Origin: an archaeon
GTDB taxonomy: Archaea; Nanobdellota; Nanobdellia; Woesearchaeales; GW2011-AR15
Direction of reading: 5' to 3'
Assembly: GCA_018671515.1 (NCBI GenBank)
Contig: JABHHN010000047.1
Coordinates: forward strand, 1 to 60,266
DNA length: 60,266 bases
In this document: piece after piece, positions 9,738 through 20,052 of the stretch
How positions within the stretch are numbered: the first letter of the stretch is position 1
How the letters are laid out: each line of letters starts with the position of its first letter
The notes under the pieces: generated by a model
Databases searched by the model: none
Told to the model about the DNA's origin: nothing
What the model saw: the letters and a program-made list of their open reading frames with translations, nothing else
Translations under genes and position numbers: made by a program

Positions 9738-10385
9738 GTTCTTTTTATTTTTCATATTTCCAATAATTAGACCTAATATTATCAAAATTGTCGAAATAAG
9801 AAATATTCTAAAAATAATAAAAAAAGCCATATCTGAAAAGTAACCTTGTGGAAAAAGATTGATCATATTTGAAGTTCTAACATCAAATAACCAATTATCA
9901 ACAAAAAAAGCTCTATGAAATTTATCAAAAATAAATTCAAAACCAATTATAGAATTAAATAAAATCAATAAAACAAATATTAAAAAAATAAATGACCCTG
10001 AAATAATCATTATTGATGGAAACAATAATTTAAACTCTTTTTTTTTTAACAATATAAAAATTATATAAATTAAAACAATTAGATTAATTAAAAATAAAAA
10101 TTTAATTTTTAAAAGTAATATTTTGACATCTTTTAGATGTGAAATTTCACTCTCATTAAAAAATCCTGAATCTAATTCTCCTTTTGAATGAAAATAATCA
10201 AAAATAGATTTAACTTTCATTTTTGCAAACCCAGTTTCAAATTTATTATAAACTACATACTTATCATACGATTTTTCATATAGTTCTAAATTTTCTATAT
10301 TTGTCAAAATTATTCCTAAAACTAATGATAAAATTAAAATTATTACACTTAATATAATGAAATATTGTCTCTTTTTATTCTTCAT
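9729..10385 (-). CDS. DUF1461/TIGR01906-type membrane protein (Lit lipoprotein intramolecular transacylase-like)
   Basis: E.SHLKDVK.L and F..IFDKFHRAFF..NWLFD...MINLFPQGYF motifs with both conserved His; four TM segments. Confidence 0.75.
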   Translation of the reverse strand: MKNKKRQYFIILSVIILILSLVLGIILTNIENLELYEKSYDKYVVYNKFETGFAKMKVKSIFDYFHSKGELDSGFFNESEISHLKDVKILLLKIKFLFLINLIVLIYIIFILLKKKEFKLLFPSIMIISGSFIFLIFVLLILFNSIIGFEFIFDKFHRAFFVDNWLFDVRTSNMINLFPQGYFSDMAFFIIFRIFLISTILIILGLIIGNMKNKKNLF

Positions 10386-10433
10386 AAAATGTTAGGATAA
10401 GCTTTAAATATTAAAAAATTAACCCTCTGTTTT

Positions 10434-10832
10434 ATGGGGGGCATCAAAACTTTGGTTTATTTTATGTTATTTGTGTTTATTTCTAATCCTGTTTTTGGTA
10501 TGAAAGTAAATTATATTGATTATTATGATTATCAACTTGGACCTGATTATGGATATAGACCATATTTTGAATATGATCTTGATGATGATAATGATGACAC
10601 ATATCTTGGTTATAGAGTTAAAGAAGAACCTATAGAATATTATTATTGCAAAACAAAAGATGGAGATGAAATTGGTTTTTGGCAGGAATGTACAAATCCG
10701 TTCTATACAGAAGGAATAAGATTATCAGAAACAAAAAAAACAAAAGGTTATAATGTAAATCCAGGAAAAAAATGGGATTATCTTGATAGCCTTAATCAAC
10801 CAGTAAAATCAATTAAAGTTTTGTTTAGATAA
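10434..10832 (+). CDS. Hypothetical secreted Tyr/Asp-rich protein
   Basis: Signal-peptide-like N-terminus, acidic/aromatic mature part. Confidence 0.6.
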   Translation: MGGIKTLVYFMLFVFISNPVFGMKVNYIDYYDYQLGPDYGYRPYFEYDLDDDNDDTYLGYRVKEEPIEYYYCKTKDGDEIGFWQECTNPFYTEGIRLSETKKTKGYNVNPGKKWDYLDSLNQPVKSIKVLFR

Positions 10833-10901
10833 TTTAAATTTTAGAATTATATCTAAATATTTTCTTCATAATTTTTTTATCATTAATCTAAATTTGTCAG
10901 A

Positions 10902-10950
10902 GCAAGGCATCCTGCCTCGCAAATTTCCTGCAGAATGCGAAGCAGACTGC
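10902..10950. repeat. GC-rich double-hairpin intergenic element (copy 2)
   Basis: GC-A-AGGCA-TCC-TGCCT-C-GC then GCAG-AA-TGC-GAA-GCA-GA-CTGC (contains GCGAAGC at 10937-10943), followed by TATGT. Confidence 0.55.
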
Positions 10951-11047
10951 TATGTTTAAAAAATAATGATAAATTAAGATTTAAAAAACCATTAATAAAT
11001 CTTGAAAAACAAAAACATTAAAAGCACATTTATTCTAAATATCATTT

Positions 11048-11233
11048 ATGCACAATAAAGATGAAGTTTTAAAGAAACATATTTCTAGAAAAATCAAAAA
11101 TATACATAAAAAACATCACATTGTAAAAAAGCATCATAAAAAACATCATTACATAAGAACTCTTTTTACAATTTTAATTACTTTACTTCCCATCATAACA
11201 ATAATATATGTACTAATAAAATATCACGCATGA
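11048..11233 (+). CDS. Small His/Lys-rich membrane protein
   Basis: KKHISRKIKNIHKKHHIVKKHHKKHHY followed by one TM helix. Confidence 0.55.
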   Translation: MHNKDEVLKKHISRKIKNIHKKHHIVKKHHKKHHYIRTLFTILITLLPIITIIYVLIKYHA

Positions 11234-11264
11234 TTTATAAATTATAATCTCTTTCTAAAAAAAC

Positions 11265-12476
11265 ATGGACTTGTGGGCATTAAAATACGCACCTTCTAAA
11301 TCTAGTGAGATAAAAGGTAGAGGAGAAAACACATTAAATATCCTAATTGATTTTGTAAAAAATTATAAAAAACAAAAAAAAAAAGCAATGATTTTATATG
11401 GTCCAGCAGGAACTGGAAAGACTTCTTCTGTTGTTGCAATTGCAAAAGAACTTGATTTAGAACTAATTGAAATAAATGCAAGTGACCAAAGAAATAAAGA
11501 TCAAATTACATCAAGAATTGGTTCAGCAATTAATCAAATGTCTTTATTTTCAAAAGGAAAAATAATTTTAATTGATGAAGTTGATGGTGTTGCTGGAAAT
11601 TCAGATAGAGGTGGAATAAGTGCCCTATCAGCTGTAATCAAGAAAAGTTCATTTCCAATAATTATGACTGCAAATGATCCTTTTCATAAAAAATTCTCTA
11701 GTTTAAGAAAATCATCACAGATGATTGAATTTTCAACATTGCCTTATACAGTAATCAAATCAATTTTGATGGAAATATGCAAAAAAGAAGAAATTGAATA
11801 TGATGAAACTGCACTTACAATGCTTGCACGTTATGCAAATGGTGATTTACGAGCAGGTATTACTGATCTACAAGCATTATGTGAATCTACAAAAAAACTA
11901 GAAAAAAAAGATTTAGAAGATGTGTTTGATCGAGAAAAAACTGAAACTATGATTGATGCTTTGATGAGAATTTTCAAATCTACGAAAGCTAGTGTGATTT
12001 TGCCTGCACTTGATAATGTAGATGAAGATATGGATCAATTCTTTTTCTGGATTGACGAAAATCTTCCAAAAGAATATACCAAAATAAAAGATCTTGCTGC
12101 TGCATATGATAATATAAGTTTAGCAGATGTGTTCAAAGGAAGAATAAGAAAATGGCAATATTGGAGATATCTTGTCTATGTGAAATTATTGCTAACTGCT
12201 GGAGTTGGCCTTGCAAAAGAAGAAAAATATCCCGGATTCAATAAGTATACAAAAACTACAAGAATTCTAAAGATGTGGCAAGCTAATATGAAAAATATGA
12301 AAAAAAAATCCATATCTGAAAAAATTTCAGATGTATCTCACACTTCTACAAAAAGAGCAATGCACGATATTTATCCGTATTTGAAATTGATCTTTCAAAA
12401 TAGCAAAGAAATGGCAATAACAATAGCTGATGATTTGGAATTAGATGATGGTGAAATTGCATATTTGAAAAGATGA
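11265..12476 (+). CDS. rfcL: Replication factor C large subunit
   Basis: W..KYAP, GPAGTGKT, IEINASDQR, IDEVDG, GDLRAGITDLQ, W..WRY motifs of archaeal RFC-L. Confidence 0.9.
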   Translation: MDLWALKYAPSKSSEIKGRGENTLNILIDFVKNYKKQKKKAMILYGPAGTGKTSSVVAIAKELDLELIEINASDQRNKDQITSRIGSAINQMSLFSKGKIILIDEVDGVAGNSDRGGISALSAVIKKSSFPIIMTANDPFHKKFSSLRKSSQMIEFSTLPYTVIKSILMEICKKEEIEYDETALTMLARYANGDLRAGITDLQALCESTKKLEKKDLEDVFDREKTETMIDALMRIFKSTKASVILPALDNVDEDMDQFFFWIDENLPKEYTKIKDLAAAYDNISLADVFKGRIRKWQYWRYLVYVKLLLTAGVGLAKEEKYPGFNKYTKTTRILKMWQANMKNMKKKSISEKISDVSHTSTKRAMHDIYPYLKLIFQNSKEMAITIADDLELDDGEIAYLKR

Positions 12477-12502
12477 AATCTATAAAATGAAAAATTCCTT
12501 CT

Positions 12503-13273
12503 TTAAGTTCTTTGAAACCAAATATCTATATTATTAAATACTTTTGACCTATATCCCTCATTAAGTTGAATTTCATAAGGTATGCGAACATTTTCTATTT
12601 TTATATAACCTGAAGCCAATAATTTTGCATTTTTAACCAATAATTTTTCTTTAATAAGTTTAAATCTTGTTGGAGCTGCAGTAGTACCTATAAGATAATT
12701 TTCTCCTGGTCTAATATCCATATATCTTCTAAAATCAGTTCGGCACAAGTTTATATCATCACGTTCTTCTTCATTTATTCTAAAAGATAAAATAAAATGT
12801 ATTTCAGAATTATTTGTTATTTTATCTCCATTGCTATGAATTAATAGATTATAATTACATGAACCATCAGGATTAAAGGTCAAGTCAATTATTGAAAAAT
12901 CAGGATCATATGAATTAGGTACAGAAATATTATGAATTTGTTCATTTATTTCATAAATAACTCCTGCTATTGGAAAAGAATATGCACCTATAATATTTAT
13001 CAATAAAGAAACTCTCATTACTGTTTTCACATCTAATTTTGATGTTTTAAATAATTTACTAAAAAAATTAAAAAGAATCCTTGTAATAAACAATCCAATT
13101 TTCCACAAAAAAAAAGATACAAATAAATAATAAAATCCTATTACCATCATATCACGACCTGAAAAAAATACAATTCTCATAGGTAATAATCCAATAAAAA
13201 ATAATGAAAGACAAGATAAAATAACCAAAAGAATAATTCCTGATCTATTTTTAAGGTATTCAAATAATTCCAT
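12503..13273 (-). CDS. Hypothetical membrane protein (N-terminal TMs, C-terminal soluble domain)
   Basis: About three hydrophobic segments then a polar beta-rich region. Confidence 0.6.
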   Translation of the reverse strand: MELFEYLKNRSGIILLVILSCLSLFFIGLLPMRIVFFSGRDMMVIGFYYLFVSFFLWKIGLFITRILFNFFSKLFKTSKLDVKTVMRVSLLINIIGAYSFPIAGVIYEINEQIHNISVPNSYDPDFSIIDLTFNPDGSCNYNLLIHSNGDKITNNSEIHFILSFRINEEERDDINLCRTDFRRYMDIRPGENYLIGTTAAPTRFKLIKEKLLVKNAKLLASGYIKIENVRIPYEIQLNEGYRSKVFNNIDIWFQRT

Positions 13274-13513
13274 GTATAAAATTAATTATAAATATAATTT
13301 ATAAATTTTATTCAAAATTAATTATTAATTCTGAAATGAAACTGAAATTTTCAATTAATTATAATATTAACACACATACTACTGAATATTATGAAAAAAT
13401 ATACACAATTCTCATTCCTATTAGGAAATGCCTGTTGGATTGTAAACTAAATAATTAACAATAAACATTTTATATTATATTTGTTTTCAGATTAAACTAT
13501 ACAGGTGAATAAT

Positions 13514-15010
13514 ATGACAATTACTATTGAAGATATATCAACATTTTGTAAAAAAAAAGGATTCGTGTTCCAAAGCGCAGAAATTTATGGTGGATCATCA
13601 GGATTTTTTGACTATGGCCCATTAGGAGTAGAATTAAAAAATAATATCAAGAATCATTGGTGGAAACGTTTCGTTCAATCAAGACCAGATGTTGTTGGAA
13701 TAGATGGGTCCCTAATTTCAAATGAAAAAATTTGGGAAGCTTCAGGACATCTAACAGGTTTCTCAGACTTATTAGTTGAATGTGTAAAATGCGGAAAGAA
13801 TCATAGAGCTGACCATTTAGTAGAAGATGCAATTAAAAAACCAATGGACGGAATTGAAGCAGAAGAAATAAATAATCTAATCAAAAAACATCAGATTAAA
13901 TGTCCAAATTGCAAAGGTGACTTTAAAGAATCAAAATCATTCAACCTAATGTTTCCTGTTCAGGTTGGAGCTGACAAAACAAAAGATTCAACATATTATC
14001 TTAGAGGAGAGACTGCACAAATGATTTTTAGTATTTACAAAAATATAATAGACACTGCTAGAGTTAAATTACCATTTGGTATTGCACAAATTGGAAAAGC
14101 ATTTAGAAATGAAATTTCACCTAGAGATTTTATATTTAGAGTCAGAGAATTTGAACAAATGGAAATTGAATTTTTTATTAAACCTGAAGAAACCAAATGT
14201 CAATTCTTAGAAAGTAAACATAAAAACTTCAAATTTAATTTTTTATCTGAAAGTAATCAAAATCAAAATGTTGAAGAAAAAGAAGTAAAAATGTCAGATT
14301 TGATATCTGATAAATTACTTGGAGAGTGGCATGCTTATTGGTTAACTGAAAGTTTCCAATGGTTTTTAGATATTGGTATAAAAAAAGAAAATCTTAGAAT
14401 TAGACAACATATGGCTGATGAATTATCTCATTACTCATCTGTAACATTTGATATTGAATATCATTATCCATTTGGATGGAAAGAAATTCATGGAAATGCA
14501 AACAGAGGTCAGTTTGATTTGAAACAACATATGGAACATTCTAAAAAATCTATGGAAATCCATGACCAGGAAACAAATACTAAAATGATTCCTAGAGTAA
14601 TAGAACCTTCATGGGGAGTTGAGAGAACTTTCTTAACTGCAATAATTGATTCATATGTTGATGATGAAAAAAGAGGAAATATTGTTTTAAAACTAAATCC
14701 AAAAATTGCACCTATCAAATTAGCAGTATTTCCACTTGTCAATAAATTAAATGATAATGCAAAAGAAGTATATGATTTATTAAAAGAGGATTTTGTCTCC
14801 ACATTTGATAAAGGCGGAAGTGTAGGACGTAGATATGCAAGAGCAGATGAACAAGGAATTCCTTATTGTATAACATTTGATTTTGATTCTTTGGAAGATA
14901 AATCAGTAACTATTAGAGATAGAGATACAACAGAACAGATAAGAGTCAAAATTGAAGATTTAACAATAAAAATTAGTAATTTGTTAAAAGGCACTGAAAA
15001 ATTTGAATAA
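13514..15010 (+). CDS. glyS: Glycine--tRNA ligase, homodimeric (archaeal/eukaryotic) type
   Basis: FDYGPLGVELK, YLRGETAQ, QIGKAFRNEISPR, RVREFEQMEIE, IEPSWGVER, anticodon domain GSVGRRYARADEQG. GGTGA SD at 13504-13508 favours ATG 13514 over GTG 13505. Confidence 0.95.
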   Translation: MTITIEDISTFCKKKGFVFQSAEIYGGSSGFFDYGPLGVELKNNIKNHWWKRFVQSRPDVVGIDGSLISNEKIWEASGHLTGFSDLLVECVKCGKNHRADHLVEDAIKKPMDGIEAEEINNLIKKHQIKCPNCKGDFKESKSFNLMFPVQVGADKTKDSTYYLRGETAQMIFSIYKNIIDTARVKLPFGIAQIGKAFRNEISPRDFIFRVREFEQMEIEFFIKPEETKCQFLESKHKNFKFNFLSESNQNQNVEEKEVKMSDLISDKLLGEWHAYWLTESFQWFLDIGIKKENLRIRQHMADELSHYSSVTFDIEYHYPFGWKEIHGNANRGQFDLKQHMEHSKKSMEIHDQETNTKMIPRVIEPSWGVERTFLTAIIDSYVDDEKRGNIVLKLNPKIAPIKLAVFPLVNKLNDNAKEVYDLLKEDFVSTFDKGGSVGRRYARADEQGIPYCITFDFDSLEDKSVTIRDRDTTEQIRVKIEDLTIKISNLLKGTEKFE

Positions 15011-15036
15011 ATAAATTTTATTTTTTTATTTGTTTT

Positions 15037-15876
15037 CTAATTATTAAAGAAATTCACAATATGATTTGATAATCTATTTCCTTGTGTAAATGCAAAGTCG
15101 TGCTGACCATTAGAAAATATTGCATATTCTGCATTTGGTAGAATATTTTTTGCAAGAATTTTACAATTTTCTGGAACAATTAAATTGTCTTTTTCTCCGG
15201 CTACAACCAATGTTTTATTTTGTATGGTTTTAAATTCATCATCAAAATCTGAATTTAATAAATCATAGACTAATTCCATCATTGATCTGTTATCCATATA
15301 AGATATTTCTTTATACATTTTTTCTACTATATTATTATCAACGGTTCTTAATTTTGGATATCTAATATATTTATAATATGTTAAAATAGCCCTGTTTTTC
15401 AACAAATCCAAAAACCAAGGATTTGTTTTATTTTTAGATATAAATGAAAAAAGTTTTCTCCTATATTTCCTTCTTATTCCTTTATTTTCATAATCTGAAT
15501 TGAAATAAGCTGGAGACATTACCATAATTTTATCTATTTTTTGTGGATATACTTTAGCATATTTTAATGATAATAACCCACCCATTGAATGACCAAGAAG
15601 ATTTGTTTTTTCAATATTCATTGCTTTAACAAATTCATCTATAAATTTAACATAAAATTCTATCGAATGCTCTTTACTTGAACTATCAGTTTTCCCTGCA
15701 AAACCAGGTAAATCAAGACAATAAACAGAATTTGTCTTTGAAAGAATAGGTTCAATGTAATGCCACATTGTAAGTGAAAAAGGAAGTCCTGGAATTGCTA
15801 AAACTGGAAAACCAACTCCAGATTTAGTATATCTTGTTTTTATCCCTTGTATTTGAATATATTTCTCTTCCATCAA
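15037..15876 (-). CDS. Alpha/beta hydrolase
   Basis: LDLPGF, nucleophile elbow GHSMGG, acid AGEKD, His in NGQH. Confidence 0.85.
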   Translation of the reverse strand: MMEEKYIQIQGIKTRYTKSGVGFPVLAIPGLPFSLTMWHYIEPILSKTNSVYCLDLPGFAGKTDSSSKEHSIEFYVKFIDEFVKAMNIEKTNLLGHSMGGLLSLKYAKVYPQKIDKIMVMSPAYFNSDYENKGIRRKYRRKLFSFISKNKTNPWFLDLLKNRAILTYYKYIRYPKLRTVDNNIVEKMYKEISYMDNRSMMELVYDLLNSDFDDEFKTIQNKTLVVAGEKDNLIVPENCKILAKNILPNAEYAIFSNGQHDFAFTQGNRLSNHIVNFFNN

Positions 15877-15959
15877 AAGATTCTAATTTAGATTTAATTA
15901 ATAAATTTAATTATGGATTCCAATAAACTTTAATAATAAACATTTCTTCCAAAAAGAAC

Positions 15960-17159
15960 ATGTTTATAGGATTATGTGGTAAACCATCCGCTGGAAAAAG
16001 TACTTTTTTCAAAGCATCTACTCTAATGGACGTAGCAACAGCTAATTATCCATTCACAACAATAAAACCTAACGAAGGTGTGACTCATATTAGAGTTGAG
16101 AGAATTGATAAGTTTTTCAATGTTGAAAGTACACCAAGAGTAGGTTTTAAAAAAGGTAATTATAGATTTGTCCCTGTAAAACTTCTTGATGTTGCAGGTT
16201 TAGTTCCTGGTGCACATGAAGGAAAAGGTATGGGCAATCAATTTCTTGATGATTTGCGTCAAGCAGATGTATTAATTCATGTAATAGACGTCTCTGGAAG
16301 TCTTAATGAAAATGGTGAACCTATTGAAGTCGGAAGCTATGACCCAATAAAAGATGTAAAATTTTTAGAAAATGAACTGGATATGTGGTATTATAATATT
16401 TTTCAGAGAGTATGGCCAAAATTTTCAAATACTGTAAACCAAGCTAAAGAAAATGTAGTGAAAGCAATAGCTACACAATTTTCAGGACTTAAAGTTGATG
16501 AAGATATGGTTAAAAATAAAGTCCATAAATTAGACTTATCTGACAAAATAATCATCAAATGGACAGATGAAGATATAAAAAATCTTGCAATTGAATTCAG
16601 AAAAGAAACAAAACCAATTATAATTGCAGCAAATAAAGTTGATATGCCTGGTGCACATGAAAAATTTGAAGATCTAAAAAAAGAATTCCCTAATCTTTTA
16701 GTAATTCCTTGTTCAGCTGAATCTGAACTTGCTCTAAAAGAAGCAGATAAACATGAGCTAATAGACTATACTCCTGGTGAAAATGACTTTAAGATGTTAC
16801 AAGCTGAAAAACTAAGTGATAAACAAAAAAAAGCATTAGAATTCATAAAAGTAAACATTCTTGATAAATATGGAAGTACAGGTGTGCAACAAGTCCTAGA
16901 TTATGCAGTTTTCAATTTATTAAAATATATAGCATTATTTCCTGGTGGAGTTGGTAACCTAACTGATAGCGAAGGAAGAGTAATCCCTGATTGTTTCTTA
17001 CTTCCACCAAAAACCACTGCACTTGATTTTGCATTCCATTTACATACTGATCTTGGTACAAATTTTATTAGAGCAATCAATGTCAAGACAAAAATGGGAA
17101 TGAAAAAAGACCAAGAATTAACTCATAGAGATATAATTGAAATAGTGCATAATAAATAA
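15960..17159 (+). CDS. ychF: YchF/OLA1-family (Obg-related) ATPase/GTPase, archaeal type, with C-terminal TGS domain
   Basis: GKPSAGKST, ANYPFTT, DVAGLVPGAHEGKGMGNQFLDDLR, ANKVD, TALDFAFHLHTDLG. Confidence 0.9.
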   Translation: MFIGLCGKPSAGKSTFFKASTLMDVATANYPFTTIKPNEGVTHIRVERIDKFFNVESTPRVGFKKGNYRFVPVKLLDVAGLVPGAHEGKGMGNQFLDDLRQADVLIHVIDVSGSLNENGEPIEVGSYDPIKDVKFLENELDMWYYNIFQRVWPKFSNTVNQAKENVVKAIATQFSGLKVDEDMVKNKVHKLDLSDKIIIKWTDEDIKNLAIEFRKETKPIIIAANKVDMPGAHEKFEDLKKEFPNLLVIPCSAESELALKEADKHELIDYTPGENDFKMLQAEKLSDKQKKALEFIKVNILDKYGSTGVQQVLDYAVFNLLKYIALFPGGVGNLTDSEGRVIPDCFLLPPKTTALDFAFHLHTDLGTNFIRAINVKTKMGMKKDQELTHRDIIEIVHNK

Positions 17160-17310
17160 TTCTAAGTTTTTTAGATATGTTTTTAATGTGTTTTATTTTA
17201 TTCTTGTCCAACATATAATAAATTTCAATCATTAATTTTTAGCACTTTGTGCTAAAATATATATATTGAGCCTTTGGCTCAAAAATAACAAAAATAAAGA
17301 AAAAAACAAA

Positions 17311-17850
17311 ATGATATTAGATGATTTAAAAGAATTAGAAAAAAAATCAATTACAGTTGGTATTCCTATTATTGGTCCTAATAAAGGTAAATGGTTATAT
17401 GATAAAATTGTAGAATTAAAACCAAAAAATATTCTTGAAATTGGAACTGCAACAGGTTATAGTGGAATAATTCTTGGACATCTAGGTGCAAATTTGACTA
17501 CAATTGACCAGGATAAAAAGGCTCAAGCTGAAGCTAAGAAAAATTTTGATGAATTTAAAATAAATTCAGAAATCATTAATGGTAATGGTGTAGAAGAAGT
17601 AAAAAAATTATCTAAAGAAAAATCAAATGTTTTTGATTTGATTTTTATTGATTTTGCAAAAAAAAGATATATTGATGTTTTAGAATATTGTATTGATTTA
17701 GTCAAAGTTAATGGATATATCATTGCTGATAATATTGATCTTGATGGATGTCAGAATTTCAAGACGGCAGTAATGAATCATCCTAAGTTAAATACTGAAA
17801 TAATTGATATTGAAGATGAATTGAGTTGTAGTGAAAAAATAAAAGATTGA
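17311..17850 (+). CDS. SAM-dependent O-methyltransferase (TrmR/caffeoyl-CoA OMT-like family)
   Basis: IPIIG, ILEIGTATGYSG, FDLIFIDFAK, GYIIADN. ATG at 17311 preferred to the TTG at 17266. Confidence 0.8.
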   Translation: MILDDLKELEKKSITVGIPIIGPNKGKWLYDKIVELKPKNILEIGTATGYSGIILGHLGANLTTIDQDKKAQAEAKKNFDEFKINSEIINGNGVEEVKKLSKEKSNVFDLIFIDFAKKRYIDVLEYCIDLVKVNGYIIADNIDLDGCQNFKTAVMNHPKLNTEIIDIEDELSCSEKIKD

Positions 17851-17899
17851 CAATTATAAGTTAACAATATAAAATATTAGTCAATTCCTTTTTATTAAA

Positions 17900-18556
17900 A
17901 TGATACATGCAGTTATATTTGATATGGATGGAGTTATAGTTCTATCTGAAAGCATCTACACAAAAATATTTGTAGATATGATAAATAGAGATCTTGGCTT
18001 AAAAATTAAAAGTACAGATTTTGAAAAATACAATGGAATAAGATTTGAAAAAAGAATAGAAAATATCTGCTCTGATAATGGAATAAATCTTGAAGATGAA
18101 AAATACATTGAAATGGCAAATAAAGGACGTCATGAATATGCAACAAATTCTATGCAATCATTAAAATTAAACATAGGAATTTTAGATTTCCTAAAAGAAT
18201 TAAAATCAAGAGGAATGCATATAGGTGTTGGATCAAATGGTTCAAAAAAAATTGTAGAAGAATTATTAGTTTCTTTAGGTATCAGAGATTATTTTGAAAG
18301 TGTAATTGCTTTTGAAGATGTTGATCATCCAAAACCTCAACCAGATATTTATTTAGAAAATGCAAACAACCTTTTTGTTGATACACAAGATTGTCTTGTA
18401 TTTGAAGATTCTATAAGTGGAATAACAGCAGCAAAAAGAGCAGGTATGAAATGTGTTGCATTAACTACTACAATGGACCGAATGCAACTAATTGATGCTG
18501 ATCTAATCATTGATAATTTTACAGAAATAGATGTAGATAAACTTGATGAAATTTAA
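17900..18556 (+). CDS. HAD-superfamily phosphatase (beta-PGM-like, subfamily IA)
   Basis: AVIFDMDGV, VGSN, KPQPDIY, VFEDSISGITAA. Confidence 0.9.
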   Translation: MIHAVIFDMDGVIVLSESIYTKIFVDMINRDLGLKIKSTDFEKYNGIRFEKRIENICSDNGINLEDEKYIEMANKGRHEYATNSMQSLKLNIGILDFLKELKSRGMHIGVGSNGSKKIVEELLVSLGIRDYFESVIAFEDVDHPKPQPDIYLENANNLFVDTQDCLVFEDSISGITAAKRAGMKCVALTTTMDRMQLIDADLIIDNFTEIDVDKLDEI

Positions 18557-18626
18557 ATTCTAATATGATAAAATAAGTTATAAATCATAGATAAATATTT
18601 ATATTAAAATTATAATTTATAATAAA

Positions 18627-19949
18627 ATGAAAAAAAGAATAATACTATTTTTTATGATTTTAATTACAATAATTTCTGCTTGTGCTCCTAAAGCTAAAAG
18701 CCCTGAAGCTGCACAAGAAAATGATGGAAAAGAAGAAGCCGCCTTAGGTGTTGGTGAATCTGCACAAGTGACAACAGGTATTAATGATGATGAAATTGAT
18801 CCTGAATTAAAGACTTGTTATGATAAAAGTAAACAAGAACTAAATGAAAAATTAATTAATTTAGATATTACACCAAATGTTGATTTTCAAAGTATGAAAA
18901 TAAACACTTTAATGTCTATGCATAATTGTTATTTAGAGAGCTGTAATAAAATTGAAAATGAAATTAAAAAATTAGATTGCATATCTTCCAATAAAGAATG
19001 GTGTGAAAATATTTTGTGTAATGAACAAGGAGATATTTGCAAATATAGATGCCTTTTATGTAATGGAAAATTTCAATATTTAGCACAAAAATTACCTAAA
19101 ATATGTAACTTTGATAATTTAAATTTTGATATGACTCTTGAAAAAGAATTTTATATCAAAGTAGATGATTTAAAATTATATGATATTTATGATGATTTAA
19201 ACGCTGTTCTAAATAGAAATTTACAATCTGAAGCACTAGCTTATGTAGCAAATTTATTACAACTTAATTATGGTTCTCAGTTTGCGTATCAAAATACATT
19301 AGATTTACTTCAAAAAATAAATCTGGTATATACTTTATTTTCATATAGTGGTGGTGATACTAGTTCTGATGGCGAAGTAATTGTAACAAATTTTGGTGAT
19401 GATGTCGATAAAATAAATGAATTTTTAGATGCTACTGCTAGTGACACGGATTTAAAAACTATACTTGATGTAGGTGTTGGTGGTGCATTTTCACAACCTC
19501 ATGAAAACGAATTAATATTTGGTATTGATCCAATTATTGACTCAGAAATAGAATTACAACGATATTTTGAAGGAACTAATATAGGTTCAAATAAAATTTC
19601 TGAAGGAAATGTGTTACCTGTCATTTTATTTTCTGTTCCTGTAGAAAATATTGAAGATGGAACATTATTTGATACCGTACGAGTTATAAATCCAAAGCCT
19701 ACAGATGTTAAATTAGAAGATTTAATAACAATATCATATAATCTTGCAGGTGATGAATTATTAATTATTTTAGCAGGAGATAATGATCCTAGTTATTATA
19801 CTGATATATTAGATATAAAAGATGAAAATATTGTAAGAAAAACTGCTGAAAATGTATTTAAAGAATATGGTATAAGAAGTTATCATCCTTTAATACCCTG
19901 TTCAGATTCTCAAGTAGGTTGTTTTGATATAATTACGATTAAAAAATAA
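18627..19949 (+). CDS. Putative lipoprotein with Cys-rich N-terminal domain
   Basis: MKKR + hydrophobic core + ISA-C lipobox; about nine further Cys in the following ~140 aa; acidic C-terminal domain. Confidence 0.65.
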   Translation: MKKRIILFFMILITIISACAPKAKSPEAAQENDGKEEAALGVGESAQVTTGINDDEIDPELKTCYDKSKQELNEKLINLDITPNVDFQSMKINTLMSMHNCYLESCNKIENEIKKLDCISSNKEWCENILCNEQGDICKYRCLLCNGKFQYLAQKLPKICNFDNLNFDMTLEKEFYIKVDDLKLYDIYDDLNAVLNRNLQSEALAYVANLLQLNYGSQFAYQNTLDLLQKINLVYTLFSYSGGDTSSDGEVIVTNFGDDVDKINEFLDATASDTDLKTILDVGVGGAFSQPHENELIFGIDPIIDSEIELQRYFEGTNIGSNKISEGNVLPVILFSVPVENIEDGTLFDTVRVINPKPTDVKLEDLITISYNLAGDELLIILAGDNDPSYYTDILDIKDENIVRKTAENVFKEYGIRSYHPLIPCSDSQVGCFDIITIKK

Positions 19950-19987
19950 AACATACTTTTTTTAATATTATTATATTTTGATGAATT

Positions 19988-20052
19988 ATGATTAAAGGAA
20001 TTATTTTTGATAACAGAGCGAAGCGTGTTTTCAAATATCTGGAGTTTTATCT
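19988..20052 (+). repeat. 65-nt hairpin unit / 22-codon upstream ORF copying the start of the HAD gene at 20053
   Basis: ATG ATT AAA GGA ATT ATT TTT GAT (MIKGIIFD) + AACAGAGCGAAGCGTGTT + inverted copy TTCAAATATC-TGGAG-TTTTATC-T. Mini-ORF 19988..20056 stops in ATGA with the gene start. Confidence 0.85.

Noticed and set aside
12503-13273. Class III (type IV pilin) signal peptide at KNRSG-IILL
   Set aside because: The residue before Gly is Ser rather than charged, and several TM segments follow.
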